Shown one piece after another: positions 38,214 to 49,994 of a stretch of 64,000 nucleotides of DNA (position 1 is its first letter; every line of letters starts with the position of its first letter). The notes beneath the pieces were generated by a model that worked only from the letters and a program-made list of their open reading frames with translations, did not search any database and was not told the DNA's origin. Source of the stretch: an uncultured virus (IMG/VR IMGVR_UViG_3300028591_000107) (lineage: Duplodnaviria > Heunggongvirae > Uroviricota > Caudoviricetes); IMG/VR virus record IMGVR_UViG_3300028591_000107. The stretch is one strand, 5' to 3'. The position numbers were made by a program, and so were the translations under genes.

Positions 38214-39552
38214 AAGAATAATATTTTTAAAATTTAATATATTTAAAATATATAAGTATTCCGCAAAGAAATGTTAGTGCAAGTGGATATACAATTAAAG
38301 GCATAAAATCTTCATCACAATTTAACATTATGAAACAAGCAAAAATACCAAATATAACACCGCATATTAATAAGAATAATTCCATTATTTTTTTATTAAA
38401 TTTTTAAGTTCATTATAATCATCTATATGCATATATGCTCCACAATCATAATCTTCTTCTCGTGGATCATCATCATTTATATCATCAAAATAATAACAAT
38501 TTTTAGTTGGGTCAAAATCAACACAATCAGGAAATATATTTTGTCCACCATGTGCACAAACTTGACACCTTCTTAAAAGTTTCTTTGATAACTCTTCTCT
38601 TTTATATTTCATAAATTATTCTATATTTTTGTTAACACATGTTCACTTATCTTCACAAATAATTTTATTTAATATTCTTGATTGAATATCTGCCATTTTT
38701 TCAATAGTTTCATTTACCTTATTTTGTATATCTTCAACAGATTCTTTAACCTTTATAGTTTCGTCTGTCCATAGTTGAATTTCAGTATAAGGTTTCCTTT
38801 TAGTTTCATAATAATATCCTCCTGGACCATAATGATCATAATCAGGAATTTTATTTTCTTCAAATTTACCATTCATTATTTTAATATCAGATGGTCTTAT
38901 TGAAATTGTTTCTTCTGGCCATGCATTAAATACATTTAGAATAATAAATGGTTCTAGTTGACGTGCTTCTCTATTTATTTCAGAAATTTTTTCTTTTTCT
39001 GATTTTAAGAGTTCCTGATTATGTTTCTTAAGTTCTTCTATTTGATTATTAATTGCCCTTATACGTTGTTTATTACGCTCATTATCGGCTTTATTATATT
39101 TTTGTGCTAATATAATTGCCTCAGTAGTTGTTAATCCAAAAAGTCCCATTATATATAAATTTAGTAAGTTATTTTAATAATTACTCAGAACGTTTTTTAA
39201 AGAAACTACCTATCCATGAAAGTAAGATACATACTCCCCATGCTTCCCAAAATGATAAAATAGGAGCAGATTTCCAAAATAAAGGTGCTAACCAATTCCA
39301 AAGATACATGAAAATACAACCACCAAGTGCACCAAGTAAAATACCCAATACAATTGCAAACAAACAACCAATAAAAATTTCAGATTTTGAATAGTACATA
39401 TTTTTTAATTTTTATATTTTTTAATAATATAGATATTTTTTAAATACTATTCAAAAAATATAAATGTTAAAATAATTAAAAATTGTCATTTTTTATTACT
39501 ATTTTTAACATATATATATCTCATTAAGTAACAAAAATATATATTGTGAATA

Positions 39553-40575
39553 GTGAGAACATTAGTTATAGGAGATTTACATTTTGGTGTGAAGTCTAAT
39601 TCGCTTATGTGGTTAGAATCACAATTGAAATTATTTAAAGAACAAATATTTGTCGAAATTGAAAAACAAAATATTGATAGAGTTATTTTTTTAGGAGATG
39701 TTAGTGACATTCGTTATTCTATCAATCAACAAATTGGAATAGAACTTAAGAAATTATTTAGGGAAATGCTCGATAAATTTAAGGAAAAGGAATTTATCAT
39801 AGTTGCAGGTAATCATGATTATTATTCACCTTTAGAAGAGTTTTCAGAATATACTGCATATGAACTTTTATTTGGAGAAGAATTTTATCATATGCACCCT
39901 AATTTAAAAATTATAAGTAAAGATCCATGGTTAGATAAGTATGGTAATTTGTTTTTACCTTGGTATTGGACAGAGAATTCATATCATTTTGATGAAATAT
40001 TATATAATTATGATTTTTCACATGATATAAAAGCTATATATTGTCATGCAGATCTGACAACATGGCCAGGTGCCAGAATTGGATCATTAAAAGGTTGTCC
40101 GGTTTATTCAGGTCATATACATAATATAAACATTGATGAATTATCGAATTTATATAATTTGGGTGCTGCAGTAGCTTTAACATTTAATGATGTAAATGAA
40201 GACAGATACATTTATATTTTAGAAGATTATAAAATAGTTGATAAAATAAAGAATATAACAACACCAAGATTTATACGTATATATGATGACGAAATATTTA
40301 ATGCAAATGATGAAACATTTTCAAATTCATACGTGCAATTATGTATATCTAAGAATAATATAAATAAAGCAAAATATGTTGAACAAATTAAATATTTAAA
40401 AACAACATATGTTGATGCAAATATAAGAGTACATGTTATTGATGATGATACTGATATTAATACTTTAAATGTTGAAGGTCTTAATACTAATATAAAATCT
40501 TATATTGAACAAAATATTCCTGAACATTTAAATAATAAATATGAAATCATTACAAATAAATTAAAAGAAGCTTAA
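39553..40575 (+). CDS. Mre11/SbcD-like nuclease (T4 gp47-like)
   Basis: GDLHFG, GD, GNHD, SGHIH metallophosphoesterase motifs; GTG start. Confidence 0.92.
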   Translation: MRTLVIGDLHFGVKSNSLMWLESQLKLFKEQIFVEIEKQNIDRVIFLGDVSDIRYSINQQIGIELKKLFREMLDKFKEKEFIIVAGNHDYYSPLEEFSEYTAYELLFGEEFYHMHPNLKIISKDPWLDKYGNLFLPWYWTENSYHFDEILYNYDFSHDIKAIYCHADLTTWPGARIGSLKGCPVYSGHIHNINIDELSNLYNLGAAVALTFNDVNEDRYIYILEDYKIVDKIKNITTPRFIRIYDDEIFNANDETFSNSYVQLCISKNNINKAKYVEQIKYLKTTYVDANIRVHVIDDDTDINTLNVEGLNTNIKSYIEQNIPEHLNNKYEIITNKLKEA

Positions 40576-41060
40576 TGCCAGATATTGAACAAATAACAGA
40601 AGAAATAAATGAGAAAATTATTGAAAATTTAAAAAATGAATATTCTTATTTTGATTTTGAAAAAAATAAGATATATCAGGATAAATTTAAAATTATAAGT
40701 AATGGTGATAAAACAATTCCTTTTGAAGTATATGTTAAAATAAATCATTTAATAAATGAAGATATTAATAAAGGTTTTATTAAATGTAAACATAAAACAA
40801 AAGAAGGAAAATATATTTATTATGACATTATTAAATTAGATAAATTACATTCAATATCTTATATTTGGGATTATTTATTTCCAGATAAAATTATTAGAAC
40901 ACATCAAACTGAAGAAGAATATGAAAACACTTTAAAACCTATGTTTTTGAATTTTAATTTAAATTTAACAAATATACCTACTATTGGAACATTTGAAAAT
41001 ATTAAAACAGATAAAACAATAGTTAATAATAAATATTACATAACCAATTTAAAAATATGA
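40575..41060 (+). CDS. Hypothetical protein between gp47- and gp46-like genes
   Basis: 161-aa ORF with coupled stop/start. Confidence 0.7.
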   Translation: MPDIEQITEEINEKIIENLKNEYSYFDFEKNKIYQDKFKIISNGDKTIPFEVYVKINHLINEDINKGFIKCKHKTKEGKYIYYDIIKLDKLHSISYIWDYLFPDKIIRTHQTEEEYENTLKPMFLNFNLNLTNIPTIGTFENIKTDKTIVNNKYYITNLKI

Positions 41061-42760
41061 TTTTGCATAATATAACGATTACAAATTTTAAAAGTATTTA
41101 TGGTACACAATCTTTTAATTTTGACAATTTAAAAGGACTCATAAAATTATCTGGTCCTATTGGTGCCGGTAAAACAACATTAGCAGAAGCAATTTTGTGG
41201 GGATTATATGGTACAGTTAAAGGACAAAATAATACACAATTAATTGCATGGAATACTAAATTTTGTGAGATAGAACTTAATATAACATCAAAAGGTAAAG
41301 AAATACATATTGTTAGAAATATCAAAGAGCCTTTAATTGTTGAAGTTAATGGTAAAACATTATCTGCATCAAATAAACGAAACACACAAGAAATTTTAGA
41401 GTATGAATTATATGATGTTCCAAAATTAGCCATTGTTAAAATGTGTGTAATATCATTTAATGCATTTAATAGTTTGGCATCAATGAATCCTGGGGAAACA
41501 AAACAATTTTTGGATGATGTTTTTGGATTTAAAATATTTACTGATTATAATAATGAAGTTATTGTTGAAAGAAAAAATCAACAAAATGAATCTATTAAAT
41601 TACAATCAGTATATGAAGAAAATCTTAATCAAATAGAAAATCTAAAACGTAAGCAGGTTTTACAAACAACTCATTTACAAGAATCTGTTGATATTACTGG
41701 TTTGAAAACAACACGTCAAAATTTAATAAATGAAGGTTTAGCTCTTAAAGAAGGTAAAACGAATAAAATAACTGAACGCAATAATAAGTGTGCAGAACAT
41801 GATAAAATTATAAATGAATATCATGGTAAAATGAGTGAAGCAATGACTTTAGGTAAACAGGCCAAAGAACATTATAATAAATTTAAAAGTGGTATATGTC
41901 CAACATGTGGTCAAAAAATAGATCAGGCACATATTGATCAATACAAAAATAAATATGATGAGTATATAAATATTTATAAAGAATGGGAAGTAAAAAAGAA
42001 AAATGAAGAAATATCTAAACAAAATACATATGATTCATATGCAGAATCACTTAAGAATTTCGATATGCAAATGGATGAATTACGTAAAAAAATATCAGTT
42101 ATAGATTCAGAAATTAAATCTTATAATGATTCTGTTCAACTTATTAATGATAATTATGATGAATTGATTACTGAATATGAATTAAAATCTAAAAAATTAA
42201 AAGAACAATTAGATAGATGTGATTTAGAAATAGCTGAATGGAATGAAATGAATGAATTGTTCACAAAAACTCTTAGATATAATCTTTTAGAAACACTTAT
42301 TCCTCATATTAACCGTTCAATACAATTTTTCATAAATAAATTAGATCAATCATATAAAGTAGAATTTGACCAAGAATTTAAATCACATATATTTGTTGAT
42401 TCATATGATAAAGAAATAGCATATAATAATTTATCAACAGGTCAACGTAAATCATTGGATTTGGCAATTATATTTGGTATACTTCAAAATGTTATTGCAT
42501 CAGTAAACTTTAACATATTCTTATTAGACGAATTATTCTCAAATATGGATGCAGATACTCGTAATATTATGTTAAGTTTATTAAATGAAACAATGGATCC
42601 AGAAAATTCAGTATTTGTTATCAATCATGCCGAAATGCAAGATGATTATTTTAAACATAAAATTAGAGTAAAATTGGAAAACAAAAAAATCGTAAGTGCA
42701 TCAAAGAAAGCAGGAGAAGATATAATAGTTAAAGCATCTAAATATAATTTGGAATTTTAA
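41057..42760 (+). CDS. Rad50/SbcC-like ATPase (T4 gp46-like)
   Basis: GPIGAGKT, CPTCGQ zinc hook, LSTGQ, LLDE. Confidence 0.95.
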   Translation: MILHNITITNFKSIYGTQSFNFDNLKGLIKLSGPIGAGKTTLAEAILWGLYGTVKGQNNTQLIAWNTKFCEIELNITSKGKEIHIVRNIKEPLIVEVNGKTLSASNKRNTQEILEYELYDVPKLAIVKMCVISFNAFNSLASMNPGETKQFLDDVFGFKIFTDYNNEVIVERKNQQNESIKLQSVYEENLNQIENLKRKQVLQTTHLQESVDITGLKTTRQNLINEGLALKEGKTNKITERNNKCAEHDKIINEYHGKMSEAMTLGKQAKEHYNKFKSGICPTCGQKIDQAHIDQYKNKYDEYINIYKEWEVKKKNEEISKQNTYDSYAESLKNFDMQMDELRKKISVIDSEIKSYNDSVQLINDNYDELITEYELKSKKLKEQLDRCDLEIAEWNEMNELFTKTLRYNLLETLIPHINRSIQFFINKLDQSYKVEFDQEFKSHIFVDSYDKEIAYNNLSTGQRKSLDLAIIFGILQNVIASVNFNIFLLDELFSNMDADTRNIMLSLLNETMDPENSVFVINHAEMQDDYFKHKIRVKLENKKIVSASKKAGEDIIVKASKYNLEF

Positions 42761-42763
42761 AAA

Positions 42764-42793
42764 TAAAGGAGTTACTTAAGTAACTCCTTTTTT
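42764..42793. terminator. Terminator
   Basis: AAAGGAGTTACTTAAGTAACTCCTTTTTT. Confidence 0.8.
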
Positions 42794-42990
42794 ATAATAG
42801 AGAAATTAATTTGAAAATTTCAAATATTATATGAAAATAATTTATCAACTTGCACTATACTTAAATTCATAATCAGCACACATACTATCAATTGTATTTA
42901 ATATATCACTTGGTATTTTTACATCTTTATTTGATGTTACTTTATTTAGAAAATTTCTAAGATTTTTCACTTCAGATCTTGTAACCATAA

Positions 42991-43374
42991 TTAAAAATTA
43001 TATCTTTTTATATTATACCATGTTCCATTAAATTTTTGTCCAACATATATTTTGCGATACAATGCATATGACACTTCATCATCTTCTTCACCACCATTAC
43101 CAATACATTTATATTCTTCACTTGCATTTGGCGTAAGTGGAGTAACTTTATAAATTACATGATATTCTTGCTCTGAAGCTCTACCACCAACTAAATGCCA
43201 GGTACTACCAATACAATCATATTTGTCAACGACCTCAATTTGGTATTTAACACTATTTTCATATTCTTTGTGATTTTTTTCGGTATAAGAATTAAGAAAA
43301 TATGTAAATATTATAGCAATTGGAAGTGCTATACAAATAAACTTTAAAAAATCTTTAGTATCTTTATCAATCAT
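42991..43374 (-). CDS. Membrane-anchored hypothetical protein
   Basis: N-terminal transmembrane helix. Confidence 0.7.
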   Translation of the reverse strand: MIDKDTKDFLKFICIALPIAIIFTYFLNSYTEKNHKEYENSVKYQIEVVDKYDCIGSTWHLVGGRASEQEYHVIYKVTPLTPNASEEYKCIGNGGEEDDEVSYALYRKIYVGQKFNGTWYNIKRYNF

Positions 43375-43588
43375 AATAAATAAATTAAAATGTTTAAAAA
43401 ATTATTTATATAAATATAGTATTTTTTTATATATTATTTAATAAATATTTTAATTATAATTGAAATTAATATTTTTTAACTTTCTATATTAATTATATTA
43501 ACATTTTTTAAAAAACTTAAATGTTTTTTATTTTAAAAAAATTATTTTAATAAAATAATTATTACAAATATATTTAATTAATATAAAT

Positions 43589-44743
43589 ATGCCTAATATT
43601 AGTGACGAAGAATTGTTAAATTCAGGTGTATTAGATCAAATAGAATCAAATACACAATATAACACAGAGGATCCTAAAAATGATGATTTATATCTTCCAA
43701 AAAAAGATGTTATTGAAGAAGATAAAGCAGATCAAAAACCTATAGAAAAGGTTAATGGGGCTTCACAATATCTTGGTAAAGATTTAATGCATAAACCAGG
43801 AAGTGATCCATTTGCATCAGAACGTGATGATCAAAAAATGATATCGGAACATAAGCTTTCTCGTATTGGTGAAAGTATTGGTCAAAATGCTGAATATAGA
43901 GAAGGTTGGTTAGATGTTCCAAAGGAATTACTTGGTGAACGTGCAATATTTTATCCAGAAGATTGGAATTTTAAAATACGTGCAGCAACAGTAGAAGCTA
44001 TTCGTAACTGGTCTACACTTGATGATGAAAATGCAAATTCTATTGATGATGTGTTTAATGAAATTCTTAAGAGTTGTTTAAGTATTGTAACTCCTGCAGG
44101 TCCACTTCCTTGGAGTAATATATGTTCATGGGATAGATTCTTTTTCTTACTTCTTATTCGCGAATATTCATACAAACAAGGAGAGAATAAACTTAAGTAT
44201 GATGAAGATTGTATCAATTGTGATAACCCTGTAACATTTGAATTAACATCTCAATCTCTTATGTATGATATGCCTGATAAAGAGGTAATGGGTTATTATG
44301 ATCAAGCAACCCGTACATGGACAATTGATCCAGCAGAATTTGATGTTGAAGGAGAAGATGTTATTAAATTATTTGTGCCTACATTGGAAAAGGATGCTAA
44401 CATAAAGGCATGGATTATATCAAGATTACAAGAAAACCGTAACAGAAAGATTGATCAAACATTCATTAGATTCCTTATTTGGATGGCTCCTAAAATTTCG
44501 AAAGATATAACAATTGCTCAAAAACAAATTAAAAACTATGAATTAACATTTAAAAGTTGGAATACTGAAATGTTTGGTTTTATGGATGATGTTTTAAGAA
44601 ATATTATTGTGAGTCCTTCTCAGAAACTTGTTACAAAATGTCCTGTTTGTGGTGAAGAAATGACCGCAGACATTCGGTTTCCCAATAGCATCCGCGATCT
44701 ATTCAATATACAGGGTAAGTTTAAGAAATTTGGTAAAAAATAA
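43589..44743 (+). CDS. Baseplate hub assembly / tail chaperone-like protein (T4 gp26-like)
   Basis: DRFF.LL.IR..S, two CxxC motifs; acidic N-terminus. Confidence 0.6.
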   Translation: MPNISDEELLNSGVLDQIESNTQYNTEDPKNDDLYLPKKDVIEEDKADQKPIEKVNGASQYLGKDLMHKPGSDPFASERDDQKMISEHKLSRIGESIGQNAEYREGWLDVPKELLGERAIFYPEDWNFKIRAATVEAIRNWSTLDDENANSIDDVFNEILKSCLSIVTPAGPLPWSNICSWDRFFFLLLIREYSYKQGENKLKYDEDCINCDNPVTFELTSQSLMYDMPDKEVMGYYDQATRTWTIDPAEFDVEGEDVIKLFVPTLEKDANIKAWIISRLQENRNRKIDQTFIRFLIWMAPKISKDITIAQKQIKNYELTFKSWNTEMFGFMDDVLRNIIVSPSQKLVTKCPVCGEEMTADIRFPNSIRDLFNIQGKFKKFGKK

Positions 44744-44996
44744 ACTTTACATTTGTAGAGAATATCATATTCAACCATCTGAAATTGATAGATTACCATA
44801 TTATGAATATGAATGGATGTTAGAAGAAATTAATTTAATACAAAAGGAACAAGAGAAACAACAAGAAGAGCAAAATAAAGAATATGCTTCAATGAGAAAT
44901 TCTATGAATCCTAATAGTATGATGAAAAATGCTTCTAGTTCAATACCAAATATGAATAATATGAAGATGCCTCAAATGAAAATACCTAAATTTTAA
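44730..44996 (+). CDS. gp51-like / chaperone-extension ORF (frame open from 44664)
   Basis: YHIQPSEIDRLPYYEYEW motif; no ATG start for that region. Confidence 0.6.
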   Translation: MVKNKLYICREYHIQPSEIDRLPYYEYEWMLEEINLIQKEQEKQQEEQNKEYASMRNSMNPNSMMKNASSSIPNMNNMKMPQMKIPKF

Positions 44997-45049
44997 AATA
45001 AAAAATGCTAGTTCTTAAGAACTAGCATTTTCTTTAGTATGTATTAAAT

Positions 45050-45829
45050 TTATTCCTCAGTTGGTGTTTCTTCAACATCTTTAACCTTAGGTGCTTTCTT
45101 AGGTGTTGGCTTTGATGTTGACTTCTTAACCACTGGTGTTGGTGCTTCATTTACTGGTTTTCCAAAGAAGTTAAAGTCACCATTTTGAATCAAATTCATA
45201 AGAATTATCTTCTCCATCATATCTGACTTATTACCATCCTTATTTCCCATAAAAAGCATAAGCATCCATGGATTATTCATCATATTACCCATATTTCCAC
45301 CATTCTGCATCATAGACATCATGAAGAATGTGTCCATATCAAACTTCTCACCATCATTAAACGTCATAAGCATCATTGGGTTAAATCCATTCTGAGTATT
45401 GGCAAATGCTTCACCAAACATATTGAGAACGGTGCAAACAGTCTCGCCATTAGTAAGCATATCACGAGTCTTATTCAATACTACATTAAGACCATCAAAA
45501 CAAAGAACTTCAAGTTTTGTTGGAGTAACCTTAGTTACCTTACCATACATTGCTTCTCTACCTTCCTTAACAAGAACGATATCGGCAACCTTTATATGCT
45601 TATAAGGACGATTGATAAGATAAACTGGAAAATCCATTACAAACTCTGGATCATAAGAAACTATCTCATCTCCTACAATACCAACATAATTCTCATCATC
45701 ACCTACAACTTGTTTTAATACTACTGTTCCATCAAAGGTCATTTTCAACTGGCCAGACTTGGTAGGCATGTACTGACTCTTCATCTTTTCAAGCATACGC
45801 TTGAACATTCCATTTTTACGTACTTCCAT
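45050..45829 (-). CDS. Hypothetical protein with Met/Asn-rich C-terminal region
   Basis: 259-aa ORF; terminator at 45000-45032. Confidence 0.75.
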   Translation of the reverse strand: MEVRKNGMFKRMLEKMKSQYMPTKSGQLKMTFDGTVVLKQVVGDDENYVGIVGDEIVSYDPEFVMDFPVYLINRPYKHIKVADIVLVKEGREAMYGKVTKVTPTKLEVLCFDGLNVVLNKTRDMLTNGETVCTVLNMFGEAFANTQNGFNPMMLMTFNDGEKFDMDTFFMMSMMQNGGNMGNMMNNPWMLMLFMGNKDGNKSDMMEKIILMNLIQNGDFNFFGKPVNEAPTPVVKKSTSKPTPKKAPKVKDVEETPTEE

Positions 45830-45909
45830 AATTTTAAATTTAAACTTATTTATTATACAATATATTACAATTTAATATAGTTTTTTTGATTAATAAAATT
45901 CAAACAATA

Positions 45910-46563
45910 TTACATAAAATATTCATTTAACAATGGTTCCAAATATTTTCTAATTTCTTTTTCATAAGGTTTCCACTTTTCTTCAGATAGTTTATTTTCC
46001 ATCTCTTCTCTTGCATTTAGTGGACATTGTTTTTTAGACATATAAGAACACTGCCAATCTATCATAAGAGCTTCCCAATCAATCTTATCAAATCCATGTT
46101 TAAGACCATATTCAAGATGATGATTGTTATTTATACGATGCCATTTCTGTACTTTCTTATAAGGCATAAATAATTTCATCCAAGGCTTTTCAAAATCATG
46201 AAACAGATATTTGAACTTCCAAATTTTAAGATTAAGTGCAGTTAATTGGAAAGCACACCAATGAGCAAACCAATATGGAAATGAAGATTTATCTTCTTCT
46301 CCAAACATCGAAAAATTACAATATTCTACAATTACATCCTCAAAATTCATATAAAGCCAATAATCTGCGTGATAAGGATCAATTACCAACCAATATGTTT
46401 TAAAGGTTTTAGCCTGTTCACAAATATATTCATAACGATCTTGTCCAAATACGTTAATAATATATTCTGCTGCATGATGAGCGGCTGGATCATCCAATAA
46501 ATTTATAACTGTTACTGGACAACGCCTATCTATCGGTTCAAATCTTTTTTGTAATTCGATCAT
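45910..46563 (-). CDS. HD-like (DUF5662-like) protein
   Basis: HDFEK, HR..N.HHLEY, IDW motifs. Confidence 0.55.
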   Translation of the reverse strand: MIELQKRFEPIDRRCPVTVINLLDDPAAHHAAEYIINVFGQDRYEYICEQAKTFKTYWLVIDPYHADYWLYMNFEDVIVEYCNFSMFGEEDKSSFPYWFAHWCAFQLTALNLKIWKFKYLFHDFEKPWMKLFMPYKKVQKWHRINNNHHLEYGLKHGFDKIDWEALMIDWQCSYMSKKQCPLNAREEMENKLSEEKWKPYEKEIRKYLEPLLNEYFM

Positions 46564-46991
46564 TTATTATTTGTTTTATTTTTTCTTGATAAACTTATGT
46601 CTTTTGATAATTGTTTATATTCTTCATCACCATGAGGTAAATTCCAAATACCTAATTTTCTACCAGCTATACATATCCACCATAATTGTGAAGCATATAT
46701 TGGATTAGATTTCCAAAGATAATAATGTAATAAACAATGTTCAGTAAATGGAACGAATAAAAGATTATCCTTATCTTTAACCAATGATTCATCAATACTT
46801 TTTGGTATGATATGATGAATAGTTACTGCCTTTGAATTCTTCCAACAATTAGCATCTTTATCATTCCTTTTTGGTTGTGTCTTCTTATATTCTTTCCAAT
46901 ATAATTCTTGTTGTTTTATTTTAGCAACCAATTTATTATATTTATTAATCCATTTGTTATTTTCAGGATTTGGGAATTGCTTACAATCCAT
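46560..46991 (-). CDS. HNH-like endonuclease
   Basis: HHIIPKS...DNL....EH..LH. Confidence 0.7.
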   Translation of the reverse strand: MDCKQFPNPENNKWINKYNKLVAKIKQQELYWKEYKKTQPKRNDKDANCWKNSKAVTIHHIIPKSIDESLVKDKDNLLFVPFTEHCLLHYYLWKSNPIYASQLWWICIAGRKLGIWNLPHGDEEYKQLSKDISLSRKNKTNNK

Positions 46992-47911
46992 GTTCCTCTA
47001 AATATTTCTTTTGACGTTCTTTACGTTCTTTTGCTGACTGACGTTTCTTTTTCAATAATTCTTTATATGCATCAGATTTAAGATATGCCTCATGAGCCTT
47101 TGCTATCTTTTTATTCTCTTTTAATATTTCTTTCTGCTCATTAAGATACTTGGCATAATCACGAATTCTATATTCATGCTTAAGTTTAGTTGATTTATCA
47201 ATACCTGCAACAAATGATTTTGCATTCTTAATTAAATCATTTGCCTCAGTTTCGGTCATCTCATTAGCACTGTATATATACCAATTACTAAATACTTTAC
47301 CTGTATTGGTCCAATGTTCATATCGACATTCTACAATAAATTTTTTATCCATATATTATTTTATTAAATACATATATAATATAGAAAAAAATTAATATTA
47401 TTCAAATATTATTAAAATATTTTGGTTTTGTATATTTTTTATAATATCCAGATGCATCTAAAACATGATTTTCAAGTTGTCTACAAAGTTTATCCCATTC
47501 TTTGAATTTTTTATATTCTTTTATATATGGGTTATCACTTTCAGGATATGTTTCATGATGGGTATAATCATAATCTTCACATGTATCTGGTGTTTTCATA
47601 GTATTATCTATATCTTTATTAAACCATGGGCCATTTTCATATCCATATTGATGAATTTTAAAATTGGGGAAACAACAATAATCCCCATCCCACCAACAAA
47701 ACCCGGCACATGTAAGACAACATTTTGTATTTGTAAAATCTTTCATTACATTTCTTTAATATAATTTTTTAATTCAACAAGTGTATCTAATGATCCATTA
47801 AAATAATTTTTATCGCAGCTTTCAATACTAGACTTCAATTGTCTTCTTGTTGTATCAATTAATCCATTAATATAATCTAATATTTGATTTTTGAATAATT
47901 CTTTATGTTCT

Positions 47912-48652
47912 TTAATTAAATCTACCATTTTTAAATTCGATTGAATGTTTTTCTCTATAATTATAAGTGGCTGTTGATATTGCCATTTCTTGTTCTTCTA
48001 ATCTTAACATTCCTGTCTTTTTTGTAAATGAAGGTAATCCGATACATACATTAAAATTACCATTTGACTTACATAAAAACTTAAAACTATTTAAATCATC
48101 CCAATAAAATTTTCGTAAATTAATACAATAAATCATTGGCATAATTAGTGTATCTAATATTTCACCTGATGATGTATAATAAACAAATATTATAAATGAT
48201 GTATAAAAAGCATCATCATTATTTTTCCATTGATTTAAAATATGATTAGATATTTCTTTAATTTGACCACAACCATTATTATATGAAAATTTAACTGAAT
48301 TATCTAAATTTTCAACCAATACACATTTTGTATCAATATGAACATTTTTATAATCCAAAATATCTATAATATGATCTGGCCAATCATAATCACCATTTGG
48401 TACATGTTTTCCACCAATAAAATCAGCATTAAAATTTTCAATTGTTCCAGGTATATCTATTTTAATACGAGGATCTGAATTTTTAATAGCTTCTGGTATA
48501 TCATGATTTAAATAATCCTTTAATTTTTCCGATTTATCATATAAATAATCATAAACTCTATGATCATAATATTTATTACAAAAATCCTCTAAAACATAAT
48601 ATGCTCTATGTTTTCTATATCCAAATATTGGTGAATAATTTATTATTTCCAT
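47912..48652 (-). CDS. Possible PD-(D/E)xK restriction-endonuclease-like protein
   Basis: WPD...IDTK spacing. Confidence 0.4.
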   Translation of the reverse strand: MEIINYSPIFGYRKHRAYYVLEDFCNKYYDHRVYDYLYDKSEKLKDYLNHDIPEAIKNSDPRIKIDIPGTIENFNADFIGGKHVPNGDYDWPDHIIDILDYKNVHIDTKCVLVENLDNSVKFSYNNGCGQIKEISNHILNQWKNNDDAFYTSFIIFVYYTSSGEILDTLIMPMIYCINLRKFYWDDLNSFKFLCKSNGNFNVCIGLPSFTKKTGMLRLEEQEMAISTATYNYREKHSIEFKNGRFN

Positions 48653-49994
48653 GAATTTTTACACATTAAATATAAATTATAAAGATATTCATCACTATAT
48701 GATACATCTTCAATAAAATAATTCCATTTCCAATCATCGACAAAACCACCACAATAAGAACCAAGATCTTTAGGTATTTTATCCATTACATTATAATTTG
48801 GGCAAGTTCCTTTTAATAATGCAATTATATCTTTTCTATCTAATTCTACTTTCATATTATTTTAATTTATCTTCTACCCATTCATTTGCGGTAAATATAA
48901 ATCCTGTAAAAAGGAACGACATAATAAATATTATACCAAACCATGAAAATATACCTAACCAAAAACCTCTCCATATATGAAGTTTTTTGTTAGTATGAAT
49001 ATCTTTATCAATATATACTTTATAAATATAATAACCGGTTGAAAAAATAAACCAACCCAATAAATACGTCAATAATATAAAAACTCCTTCATCCATAATA
49101 CTTTATTTTTTAAAACATTTACAACCTGGCCAATGATCTATTGCTAATCCACCGGCACGGCCAATATAATTATTTGCAACTACATAATCATGAGTTTCGT
49201 CATTTTTCTTTAATGTGATAATACGAATATCTACTGGACTATAATTGATATTATCCCATGTAATATTATATTGTATATTACTACTATCTGTAGAATTAAT
49301 TACAGAACTTCTTGTAAATTCATTTACCGTTTCTTTTTGTTCATTTGATCCACACCCAAATAAAATCAAACAACTAAAAACTAATACAAAAAACTTTTTC
49401 ATTATTTAATATTAATTGTTCTTATATAAAATTCTAATGTTTTGGAATAACAAGAAATAGGGTTACCATGATAAGGTAATGGTTTACTATTTAGTTCTTT
49501 AAGTTTTTCATTTGCTTCATCCTCATTAAGATATATATCAGTATAAGGATAGTATTTTTCTACTCGAGTTTCATTTGGATCAAACTCATCAACTAATTCG
49601 CTACATCTCTGCCAAATTTGATATCCTACCATAACTTACTTTCTTGGAAATAATATTTCATTAACTGTTAAACCAGCTCCAGCAACAATCATCATCAAAT
49701 ACTGCCACCATTTAATTGTATAACCAGCAAGTGTATAAGAGGAAAACATCAAATAATAACACAATGTTCCCCATAAAATCCTTTTTGTACTATTACTCAT
49801 AATTAATCTTCTATTGTTTCTATTTTGTGATTAATAATATCTGGTTTTATATAACCATCCCAAAATGGACAACACATATCATCTACACATTCAACATAAT
49901 CTTTTATTTTAAAGACATCTTCAAGATTTTTAATATCTTCACCAGTCTCTGCATCTACAACTTCATATTCAAATATTTCTCTAATTTTCATAAT

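Larger units (their letters stand above)
30638..39399 (-). other. Long array of small minus-strand hypothetical genes, some membrane or lipoprotein, with repeated promoter motifs
   Basis: More than 20 short co-oriented ORFs; promoter motifs near 32041, 36043, 36929, 39424. Confidence 0.7.
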
